Shown here piece after piece: positions 20,426 to 28,408 of a stretch of 64,000 nt of DNA. The DNA lies in contig JBFGJG010000014.1 in the NCBI GenBank assembly GCA_041577295.1, forward strand, positions 17,317-81,316. Reading direction: 5' to 3'. How positions within the stretch are numbered: position 1 is the first letter of the stretch; each line of letters starts with the position of its first letter. The notes beneath the pieces were generated by a model, which worked only from the letters and a program-made list of their open reading frames with translations, searched no databases and was not told where the DNA came from. The DNA comes from Gemmatimonadales bacterium. Lineage in GTDB: Bacteria; Gemmatimonadota; Gemmatimonadetes; Gemmatimonadales; GWC2-71-9. The translations under genes and the position numbers were made by a program.

Positions 20426-21285
20426 GGCGATTGCTGCTCGCCGGCATGGTAACCATCGTCGGTATGGTTCCCGCGCGACTGGAGGCACAAGACAGCATCC
20501 GCCTGCGGTACACCCCACCCTTCGGAACAAAGATCCATCGTGTGTTTCAAACGCATACGCGGGTTACGACGCGGGCCGCGGAGCAAGGGCGTCCCACGTC
20601 GCGGACGCATGAAACCGTTGACCTCGGAGGTGCGGTGCAGGTGGCCCTCACCGGTCCGAACGGCGAGTCCGTTACCCACGTGGCGTTCGATTCCTTGCGC
20701 ATCCGTACGCGGGATGGTGGAGGGCCGTGGCACGAGCGCGTGGTGACACAATCCGATCGACTGTGGCTGCAGGCCGTGGTCGATCAACGACTGCAGATTG
20801 ATCGGTTGACGGTCGGCACAGAGTTACCCGTGGCGGAGCCGTTGCTTTCGCTCGTCACGGGGCTGCCCAACTTCGTGTTACCGGATGCCTGGCTGCGGTC
20901 CGGTGACCTGTGGACGGTGCAGCACAGCGTCCCTCTCGCCGGGTTCTTCACGCGTGGCGATGCATCGGGCCCACCCGACAGTCTGACGGCGCGCACGGTG
21001 TTCCAAGTGGACAGCCTGGTCTCCCGGACAGGAGACACCCTCGCGTACCTACAGTTCACGGGTGGATTTCGCCCGGTCCAGACGACCGGTGACGCCGCAC
21101 TCACATACGGTGGCGGTCTCGCGGGATCGCTCGTTTGGTCCAGTGGCTGGAGCGCGTTTGTCTCGGCAGCGGTGCGGTTCCGCCTGAACGTGCACGTTCG
21201 CGACGAGCGCGAGGACGAAACGCCACCGGAGTTGCTGATCACGTTGGAGACTACGACCCGTCACCAGGTGCGCCCCGGGACGTGA
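20422..21285 (+). CDS. Uncharacterised secreted beta-rich protein, paralog B
   Basis: GTG 20422 (GTGA overlap); signal peptide ending LEA|QDS; shares QDS.xLRY.PP, FDS.R, VDS.V..xxDTLAYL.F.G, AGS.VWS.GW and QVRP with paralog A. Confidence 0.75.
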   Translation: MRRLLLAGMVTIVGMVPARLEAQDSIRLRYTPPFGTKIHRVFQTHTRVTTRAAEQGRPTSRTHETVDLGGAVQVALTGPNGESVTHVAFDSLRIRTRDGGGPWHERVVTQSDRLWLQAVVDQRLQIDRLTVGTELPVAEPLLSLVTGLPNFVLPDAWLRSGDLWTVQHSVPLAGFFTRGDASGPPDSLTARTVFQVDSLVSRTGDTLAYLQFTGGFRPVQTTGDAALTYGGGLAGSLVWSSGWSAFVSAAVRFRLNVHVRDEREDETPPELLITLETTTRHQVRPGT

Positions 21286-22475
21286 AGCTCGCTCATCTCG
21301 CCGACATCCACCTCGGTTTCCGGCAGTACTATCGCCAGACGCCTCAAGGGATCAATCAGCGCGAAGCCGATGTGGCTAACGCATTCCGCCGGGTGATCAG
21401 TGACATCATTGAGGTGGAACCAGACATCGTCGTGATTGCCGGCGATTTCTTTCATTCCGTCCGCCCCACCAACCTCGCCATTTTGCACGCGTTCAATCAG
21501 CTCCAGCGGCTGCGTGATGCGTTACCGGAGGCTCCGGTCGTCATCGTGGCCGGCGATCACGACACCCCTCGCTCGGTGGAAACCGGCACGATTCTCAAAT
21601 TGTTCGAAGCGCTCGGTGGCGTGCACACCATTTCACGGTCGCCGCAGCAGCTCGAGTTCGAGCACGTGGATCTCTCGTTAATGGGCGTCCCGACCGAGGC
21701 GTTGCGTCGTGGAGAACGCCCCACGCTCCGTGCGGCTTCGGGTGCAAAGCACAACGTACTGGTGATTCACACGCCGGTGGCGGGCGTGCTGCCGGAACGA
21801 GCGATGGCGCTGCAGTTTGGCGGCGTTGTGTTGGAGCCCAGCGAGCTCCATCCCGAAAGCTGGAGTTACGTGGCGCTTGGACACTTTCACGTGGCGCATC
21901 GCGTGCGCGAGAACGCGTGGTACTCGGGGGCCTTGGATTATGTCGGCACCAACCCGTGGGGGGAGCTGATCGATGAGGCGCGCGAAGGTCGGCGCGGCAA
22001 GAAGGGGTGGTTGCTGGTTGAGCTGGAAGAGGGAAAAGGGGCGGCGGTCACGTTTCGGTCAATTGCACTCGCCAGGAACGTGATCGATCTGGAGTCGATT
22101 CAGGGGGCCGGCGAGTCCGCCGAAGCGCTCGACCGAGCGATTGCCGATCGCGTGGCGGCGGTGCCGGGTGGCATCGACGATCAGGTCGTGCGGCAAGTCG
22201 TGTGTGACGTTCCGCGTCCGGTGGCCCGCGAGCTCAACTATACGCAGGTGCGCGATTTCAAAACCCGAGCGCTGCACTACCACCTCGATCTCCGACGCCC
22301 CGCCTCACACCGCCACGTTGGGGTTGGCGCACCGGGCAGACGGCAGACGCTGCCGGAGATCCTGACCGAGTATCTGTCCAGGAGACCGCTGGAGGCGACG
22401 GTGGACCGCGAGCGTCTGGTGGCGTTGGGCCGCACCTACATGGACGAGGTGCAGCGCGAACCGGACGAGGATTGA
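21282..22475 (+). CDS. sbcD: Mre11/SbcD-family DNA repair nuclease (metallophosphoesterase)
   Basis: GTG 21282; LAHLADIHLG, IAGDFFH, AGDHD, YVALGHFH, YSG, KGWLLVEL; precedes Rad50/SbcC. Confidence 0.88.
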   Translation: MKLAHLADIHLGFRQYYRQTPQGINQREADVANAFRRVISDIIEVEPDIVVIAGDFFHSVRPTNLAILHAFNQLQRLRDALPEAPVVIVAGDHDTPRSVETGTILKLFEALGGVHTISRSPQQLEFEHVDLSLMGVPTEALRRGERPTLRAASGAKHNVLVIHTPVAGVLPERAMALQFGGVVLEPSELHPESWSYVALGHFHVAHRVRENAWYSGALDYVGTNPWGELIDEAREGRRGKKGWLLVELEEGKGAAVTFRSIALARNVIDLESIQGAGESAEALDRAIADRVAAVPGGIDDQVVRQVVCDVPRPVARELNYTQVRDFKTRALHYHLDLRRPASHRHVGVGAPGRRQTLPEILTEYLSRRPLEATVDRERLVALGRTYMDEVQREPDED

Positions 22476-22485
22476 GGGGTCAGCG

Positions 22486-24912
22486 ATGCAGCTGCACCGT
22501 CTCAAGCTCGTCAACTTCCGACAACACGCGCAAACCGAGGTCGTGTTGAGTCCGGGCATCACCGCCATCATCGGACCCAATGGGGCGGGTAAGACCACGT
22601 TACTCGAGGCGATTGCGTGGGCGTTCTACGGCACGCCCGCCGCCCGGGGAACGCGAGATTCGATACGCTGGAACCGCGCACCCGCGCGTTCACAGGTTCG
22701 CGTCGAAGTCGACTTCGCGTTGGGCGCTCACGAGTATCGCGTGACCCGCGGCCTCTATGGGGCGGAGCTGTATCAAGATCAATGGGACGCCCCCGTAGCG
22801 AATTCGGCACAGGAGGTAACGACGCGCGTCGAGCGCCTGCTCGGGATGACGCGCACGGAGTTCTTCAACACCTACTTCACGGGTCAAAAAGAACTGGCGG
22901 TCATGGCCGCGATGGGTCCGACGGATCGCGCGCGGTTCTTGTCCCGCATCTTGGGATACGAGCGGCTGAAGCAGATGCAGGATCGCGTGCGCACGGCACG
23001 GACCGAGTTGCGAGGCGAGCTGGCTGGACTCGAGCGTGGGCTTGCAGATCAGGAAACGCTGGCGCAGGAAGAGACGACGGCCAGCCAGCGGGTGGGCGAG
23101 GCGGAATCGGCGTTGCTCGATGCGGAGCAACGCCAGGTGGTGGCGAACGACCGGCTGGAAGCCGCGCGTCCGGAGTGGACCGCCATCGTCGAGTGCCGTG
23201 ATCGTGCGTCATCGTTGAACGGCGAGCGACGCATGGCGGTTCGGGATGTGGCCGAAGCACGACGGGAGTTTGAGCGTCTCGATCGCGAATTGGCCGAGGC
23301 GCTGAATGCAAAGAGCAAACTAGATGAGTTGAGTGAGGATCTGGATCGAGTCGTACCGCTTCGCGCGGAACTCGATCACCTCGAGCAAGAAGCACAGGCT
23401 GCGGGGCGACGCCGCTCGTTGGTTGGCCAGCTGAGCGAGTTGTGTGGTCAGCTCGACCGGTTGCGGGAGCGAAGTATCCAGATGGGGGATGTCGAGGCCA
23501 CGTTGACCTCCGCACGGGAGCGGGTCGCCGTGGTGCGGCAAGAGCTGACGTCAGGCGAGGAGGAGCTGGAGCGGGCGCGGACCGCATGGGTCCGCGACCG
23601 TCAAGATGCAGAGACCAAGCGTCTCAGCCTGCGCGATCAGTACAAGGAGATCCAGACCCATCGACAGAGCATCCACGACGCAGGACCCGACGGAAAGTGT
23701 CCTACCTGTGCCAGGCCGTTGGGTCAAGAGTTTCACACCGTTGTCCAAACGCTCGAGCGTCAGCTCGAGGAGATCGAGGTCCAGGGTAAGTTCTTCAAAC
23801 AACGCGTCGAGCAATTGAGTGAGGAGCCGGCTGAGGTCCGCAGCGCGGATGCCCGCGTCACGGAGGCGGCCAAACGGGTGGAAGAAGCGGTCCAGGAGGT
23901 GGCGAGATGGGAGGACCGGGTCCGCGAGCGTCGAGAGTTGGAAAAGGAGCGAGCGGGAACTGAGCAACGAAAGGCGGCCGTCGAGCGAGAGATCGCGGAG
24001 CTCCCGGATCAGTACGACGCCGAACGGCACGAGGCGGTGCGAGTCGAGCTCAAGGCACTCGAACCGGCCATCCAGGAGGCAGCACGGTTTCGCGATAGGG
24101 CGGAACGGGCAGAACAGCTGGTGGCGCAGGCGGAGACGGCGGAAAAGTCCCTGTCTCAGCAGGAACAGCGCGTTCTCGACCTCGAGAAGGCAATCACGGA
24201 CCTCGGGTTCAGCGAAGAACAATACGAGCAGGCGCGGAAGCGCTTCGAGGCCACGGAGCAGGCGTTGCGGGAAGCCGAGTTGGCGGTGGCCAGCGGGCGT
24301 GGAGATCTCAAGGCCGCGCGGGTCGCGCTCGACGCGGTGCAACATCGGATGCGTGAGCGCGAGGAGAAGGCGACACGTATTGAAGAGCTGCAGGGAAGAG
24401 TCCGACTACACGATGAACTGGACCGGGCCTTGCATGACCTCCGACTCGAGTTGAACGCCGGCATGCGGCCCGAGCTGTCCGAGCGAGCCTCATCGTTCCT
24501 CGGAGAGCTCACTGACGGGCGGTATGCCGAGCTCGAGATCGACGAACAGTATCAGATCCTAGTCATGGAAGAGGGGGTCTCGAAGCCGGTGATCTCTGGT
24601 GGTGAGGAGGACGTGGCAAACCTGGCGTTGCGGCTGGCCATCAGTCAGATGGTTGCCGAGCGGGCGGGGCAGCCGTTATCACTCCTGGTGTTGGATGAGA
24701 TTTTCGGTAGCCTCGATGAGCATCGTCGTCACAACGTCGTGGGGCTGCTACGCCATTTGGCGGATCGCTTTCCGCAGGTGGTGCTGATTACGCACATCGA
24801 GTCTATACGGGATGGAGTCGATCGTGTGATTCGTGTGGCGCTGGATGAGAGTCGTGGTGCCGCCACCGTCGTGGACGACCAAGGGGGTCTCGATGAAGAT
24901 GTGGCGGCCTGA
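22486..24912 (+). CDS. sbcC: Rad50/SbcC SMC-like ATPase with zinc hook
   Basis: LVNFRQH, GPNGAGKTT, long coiled coil with central CPTC hook (23698-23709), ISGGEE signature, LVLDEIFGSLD, VLITH. Confidence 0.93.
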   Translation: MQLHRLKLVNFRQHAQTEVVLSPGITAIIGPNGAGKTTLLEAIAWAFYGTPAARGTRDSIRWNRAPARSQVRVEVDFALGAHEYRVTRGLYGAELYQDQWDAPVANSAQEVTTRVERLLGMTRTEFFNTYFTGQKELAVMAAMGPTDRARFLSRILGYERLKQMQDRVRTARTELRGELAGLERGLADQETLAQEETTASQRVGEAESALLDAEQRQVVANDRLEAARPEWTAIVECRDRASSLNGERRMAVRDVAEARREFERLDRELAEALNAKSKLDELSEDLDRVVPLRAELDHLEQEAQAAGRRRSLVGQLSELCGQLDRLRERSIQMGDVEATLTSARERVAVVRQELTSGEEELERARTAWVRDRQDAETKRLSLRDQYKEIQTHRQSIHDAGPDGKCPTCARPLGQEFHTVVQTLERQLEEIEVQGKFFKQRVEQLSEEPAEVRSADARVTEAAKRVEEAVQEVARWEDRVRERRELEKERAGTEQRKAAVEREIAELPDQYDAERHEAVRVELKALEPAIQEAARFRDRAERAEQLVAQAETAEKSLSQQEQRVLDLEKAITDLGFSEEQYEQARKRFEATEQALREAELAVASGRGDLKAARVALDAVQHRMREREEKATRIEELQGRVRLHDELDRALHDLRLELNAGMRPELSERASSFLGELTDGRYAELEIDEQYQILVMEEGVSKPVISGGEEDVANLALRLAISQMVAERAGQPLSLLVLDEIFGSLDEHRRHNVVGLLRHLADRFPQVVLITHIESIRDGVDRVIRVALDESRGAATVVDDQGGLDEDVAA

Positions 24913-25867
24913 AGCCACGGTGCAGGGCCCGCGGATCGCGACCCCAGAGGACGTCCCGGCCCTCAATCGCATCTTCTCGGATGCCTTCACCGACCGGTAC
25001 CGTCGAGACGGCTTGGTGGGCGTGCGGGTTCCGCAGCTCAATCCCGTCATCTGGCGCTACGCGATCGAGGACGCGGGAGCGGGAGCGATGCGGTGGGACG
25101 ACGAGCGCGGCGCCATGCTCGCCTTCAACATCGCACACCATTCGGGTACCGAAGGGTGGATGGGACCATTGGCGGTGCGCAACGACCGTCAGGGATTGGG
25201 CGTCGGGCGCGTCATCGTCGAGACGGCGATCGCTTGGCTTCGTGAGCAGGGCGTGCGCACGCTCGGATTGGAAACGATGCCGCGCACGGTGGAGAACATC
25301 GGATTCTACAGCAAGCTGGGCTTTGTGCCGCAGCATCTCACGGTCACGCTCACCGGCGAGGTCACCCAGCGCGCGGTGCGGGGAAGGTTCATCCTGTTGA
25401 GTCAGACCAAGTCGGCGCAACGCCAGGAGCTCATCGAGCGGTGTCGCCGCCGATTAGATCAATCCGCACCCGGCTATGATTTCAGCCGTGAGTTCGAGCT
25501 CACGCTGGCGCTGCGAATTGGTGACGGCGTAGTGGTCGAGCGGGAGGACACCATTGCCGGCTTCGCGTTGTGGCACTCGGCTGCCCTCGCCGATGCCCGC
25601 CCGGCAGACGAATTGCGGGTGCTCAAGCTCTACGCCGATTCCGACGGCGCATTCGATCGACTCATCGTCGCCTTGGAGTCGTGTGCGGCGAAACACAAGA
25701 TTCGACGCGTTGCCATGCGGTGCCAGACCGCTTTTCGGCGGGCTTACCAACAACTCATCGCGCGCGACTATCGCGTGCGGTGGACGGATCTCCGGATGAC
25801 GCTGCAAGGATTTCCCGAGGCAGTGCTCCCGGAGGGTGAGGTTCTCTTCTCCAATTGGGAGATCTAG
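24893..25867 (+). CDS. GNAT-family N-acetyltransferase (probably two-domain)
   Basis: GWMGPLAVRNDRQGLGVGR acetyl-CoA motif, NIGFYSKLGF; overlaps the rad50 3' end. Confidence 0.85.
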   Translation: MKMWRPEATVQGPRIATPEDVPALNRIFSDAFTDRYRRDGLVGVRVPQLNPVIWRYAIEDAGAGAMRWDDERGAMLAFNIAHHSGTEGWMGPLAVRNDRQGLGVGRVIVETAIAWLREQGVRTLGLETMPRTVENIGFYSKLGFVPQHLTVTLTGEVTQRAVRGRFILLSQTKSAQRQELIERCRRRLDQSAPGYDFSREFELTLALRIGDGVVVEREDTIAGFALWHSAALADARPADELRVLKLYADSDGAFDRLIVALESCAAKHKIRRVAMRCQTAFRRAYQQLIARDYRVRWTDLRMTLQGFPEAVLPEGEVLFSNWEI

Positions 25868-25872
25868 ATCGT

Positions 25873-26052
25873 TCAGTCCTTTGGCGGTTTCTGCTCGGCG
25901 GGGCTGCGGCCCGCCCGCACGATCCCGACGGTGAGTAGTGCTGTGCCGATTGCCAACGGAAGGTGAACCCAGCCGTTGGGTAAGGCGACGACGAAGGCAA
26001 GAACGATCCACGCAATCAGGCAAGCAATCGTACCAAGCAAAGCAATATTCAT
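25873..26052 (-). CDS. Small two-helix membrane protein (59 aa), absent from the ORF track
   Basis: MNIALLGTIACLIAWIVLAFVVALPNGWVHLPLAIGTALLTVGIVRAGRSPAEQKPPKD; AGGA RBS upstream; GWVH turn between two hydrophobic segments. Confidence 0.7.
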   Translation of the reverse strand: MNIALLGTIACLIAWIVLAFVVALPNGWVHLPLAIGTALLTVGIVRAGRSPAEQKPPKD

Positions 26053-26087
26053 GTTTCTTCCTGGTCGTGACTACGGGAAATTTTTGC

Positions 26088-26116
26088 TTGACCTCCCAAA
26101 ACCGCCACCCTATATT
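26088..26116 (+). promoter_or_regulatory. Sigma70-type promoter
   Basis: TTGACC-N17-TATATT. Confidence 0.75.
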
Positions 26117-26121
26117 CGATG

Positions 26122-26293
26122 CCGGTTGCGGGGTCGAAGGGCCATATTACTGCGCCAACAGAGCTCGACTACGCGCCCCCTTGCTGCAGCCAATGTCGTG
26201 CCCCCATCGGGGGAAGGCAAACGTTGCGGCTAGGACGCGGATCCTGCGGAATCGGGCTGCAGTAATTCTCTCTTCGGCCTCGCCTTTTCTTTT
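26122..26293 (+). ncRNA. Rod-shaped structured RNA, candidate 6S RNA
   Basis: 26128-26141 pairs with 26270-26283 (14 bp, 3 G-U); ATTACTGC 26146-26153 pairs with GCAGTAAT 26259-26266; central bubble; inner interrupted stem to a CCCC-ATC-GGGG tip; promoter 5' and U-tract 3'; ~170 nt. Confidence 0.62.
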
Positions 26294-26405
26294 GTAATCA
26301 TAGTATCCTCCTGACCTCGAAGCTCCTCACGGTAGCATTCCGCGGGAATCCTCGTTACGCTCCATGACCGCTGGACTTAAATGGTTTCAGGGGAGGGAAG
26401 TGTCC

Positions 26406-27062
26406 GTGAAACGACAATCACAGCAGCCCGAACGAGCAGCCGCCGAACATGAGGACGTCGGCTCCGCGAGGGTGTTGCCGCTCGCCACACCGGATCCGGG
26501 CGTCGATTTTCAGCAGCTAGTCCATCGCATGCTCGTGATGCTCGGCGAAGACCCCGAGCGAGAGGGCTTACGCCGTACCCCCGCCAGGGTGGAAGCCTCG
26601 ATGCGGTGGTTGACCCGCGGCTATTCGGAGTCGGTCGATGACATCGTGTCCGGTGCCATCTTCGAAGAAGCGCACGACAGCATGATCTTGGTGCGTGACA
26701 TCGAGATCTACTCCATGTGTGAGCATCACATGTTGCCATTCTTCGGAAAAGCCCACGTGGCGTACCTATCGTCTGGGAAGATCATCGGTCTCTCGAAGAT
26801 CGCCCGAGTCGTCGACGTCTTTGCACGGCGACTGCAGGTCCAGGAGCGTATGACCGATCAAGTTGCCGATGAGTTGATGCGGGTGTTAGAACCACGGGGG
26901 GTGGGTGTCGTGATCGAAGCGTATCACTTGTGCATGATGATGCGCGGCGTGGAGAAGCAAAACTCCAAGACGGTGACGAGTGCGCTCCGCGGAAGCTTTC
27001 TCGACGGGAATACCCGCGATGAGTTTCTGCGGCTTGCGCACGGCGGAAACTGGCTCGGGTGA
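26406..27062 (+). CDS. folE: GTP cyclohydrolase I
   Basis: [54 protein letters not shown]. Start uncertain (GTG 26406 after GGGAGGGA, or ATG 26364). Confidence 0.96.
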   Translation: MKRQSQQPERAAAEHEDVGSARVLPLATPDPGVDFQQLVHRMLVMLGEDPEREGLRRTPARVEASMRWLTRGYSESVDDIVSGAIFEEAHDSMILVRDIEIYSMCEHHMLPFFGKAHVAYLSSGKIIGLSKIARVVDVFARRLQVQERMTDQVADELMRVLEPRGVGVVIEAYHLCMMMRGVEKQNSKTVTSALRGSFLDGNTRDEFLRLAHGGNWLG

Positions 27063-27757
27063 CCCTCACGGACCGGTTGGCGGTGGTGACCGGTGCGAGC
27101 CGAGGCATCGGGTTGGCCATCGCTGATGCGCTGCGCTCGGCGGGCGCGCGGGTCGTCCGCCTCGCCCGCAGCCTCCAAGATGAGCGAGGAGAACGTTTCA
27201 CCGATATCCCCTGTGACCTCACGGTCGTTGAGGACGTCGGGAACGCTGCGCGTCGTATCATTGCGGAGGTCGGCGTCCCCGACATCGTGGTGAACAACGC
27301 CGGTGGCTTCTTACTCAAGCCGCTCGTCGAGACCGAGCCGGAGGAGTTCGCAGGTCAGATCGCCATCAATCTCGTGGCACCGTTCCTCGTGCTCCACGCG
27401 CTGCTACCCCACATGATCAAACAGGGCCGGGGGGACATCGTGACCATCGGCAGCGTTGCGGATCACAAGGTGCTTCCCGGCAACACCGCCTACGGCGCGA
27501 GCAAACGTGGGCTGCGCGCGCTACACGATGTGTTGCGCGAGGAGATCGCGGGAACGGGTGTTCGCCTGACCCTCATCTCGCCTGGAGCCACCGACACACG
27601 CCTGTGGGATGCGTTGGATCTGGACCGCCGCGAGGATCTCCCCAAGCGCGCATCGATGTTGCATCCGCCGGACGTCGCGGACGCCGTTGTGTACGCCGTG
27701 AGCCAGCCTCCCCGAGTACAGATCGAGGTTATTCGTCTCGCTTCGACTGGGTGCTGA
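27059..27757 (+). CDS. Short-chain dehydrogenase/reductase
   Basis: [26 protein letters not shown]. Confidence 0.92.
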   Translation: MTLTDRLAVVTGASRGIGLAIADALRSAGARVVRLARSLQDERGERFTDIPCDLTVVEDVGNAARRIIAEVGVPDIVVNNAGGFLLKPLVETEPEEFAGQIAINLVAPFLVLHALLPHMIKQGRGDIVTIGSVADHKVLPGNTAYGASKRGLRALHDVLREEIAGTGVRLTLISPGATDTRLWDALDLDRREDLPKRASMLHPPDVADAVVYAVSQPPRVQIEVIRLASTGC

Positions 27758-27766
27758 GCACCGGCA

Positions 27767-28369
27767 GTGTTCATCGAACTGACCGAGTACCTACGCTGCC
27801 CCGAACCCCACGACGAATCGTATTGTGTGCTAGCGCCCGACGAGATGGTTGGTCGGGTCGTTCGGCATGGATCACTGGGATGTCCCATCTGCCACCGCGA
27901 GTACGCGATCGTCGACGGGATCGTGGAGTTTGGCGGTGATGGTTGGACAGATGCGGTTGCCGTGCGTGGCGACCCGGGGCATCAGCTTCCGGAGCCGCAG
28001 GTCGTTCAGGCGCTCATCGGGCTCGCGAGCCCCGGGGGCTATGTGCTGCTGGTGGGATCGGCGACGAGGCTCATTCCATCCTTGGCGCAGCTCATTGGTG
28101 GAGTCCACTTCGTGGGTGTGAATCCGCCACCGGACGTTCAAGCTACTCCCGTACTCTCACTGTTGCGATCCGCTACGTCGATCCCGGTCAAAACTGCCAT
28201 GCGTGGTGTGGTGTTGGGAAGCGAGCACGCGTTGACGCCCTGGCTCGATGAAGCAAGACGAGTTCTTCTCAAGGGACAGCGATTGGTGATCCTCGACGAG
28301 CACGATCACGTGCCCGCCTTGGAACGACTGGCGGTGGGGCAGGGCTTGTGGGTAGGGGAGAAGCAGTGA
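27767..28369 (+). CDS. Hypothetical protein with N-terminal Trm112-like zinc-ribbon region
   Basis: LRCPEPH...GSLGCPICHREYAIVDGIVEF, followed by a Rossmann-like alpha/beta region without a clear SAM motif. Confidence 0.65.
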   Translation: MFIELTEYLRCPEPHDESYCVLAPDEMVGRVVRHGSLGCPICHREYAIVDGIVEFGGDGWTDAVAVRGDPGHQLPEPQVVQALIGLASPGGYVLLVGSATRLIPSLAQLIGGVHFVGVNPPPDVQATPVLSLLRSATSIPVKTAMRGVVLGSEHALTPWLDEARRVLLKGQRLVILDEHDHVPALERLAVGQGLWVGEKQ

Positions 28370-28408
28370 ACTACAGTAAAGGGTCTACTCCTTCACTCCT
28401 CACTGTTT

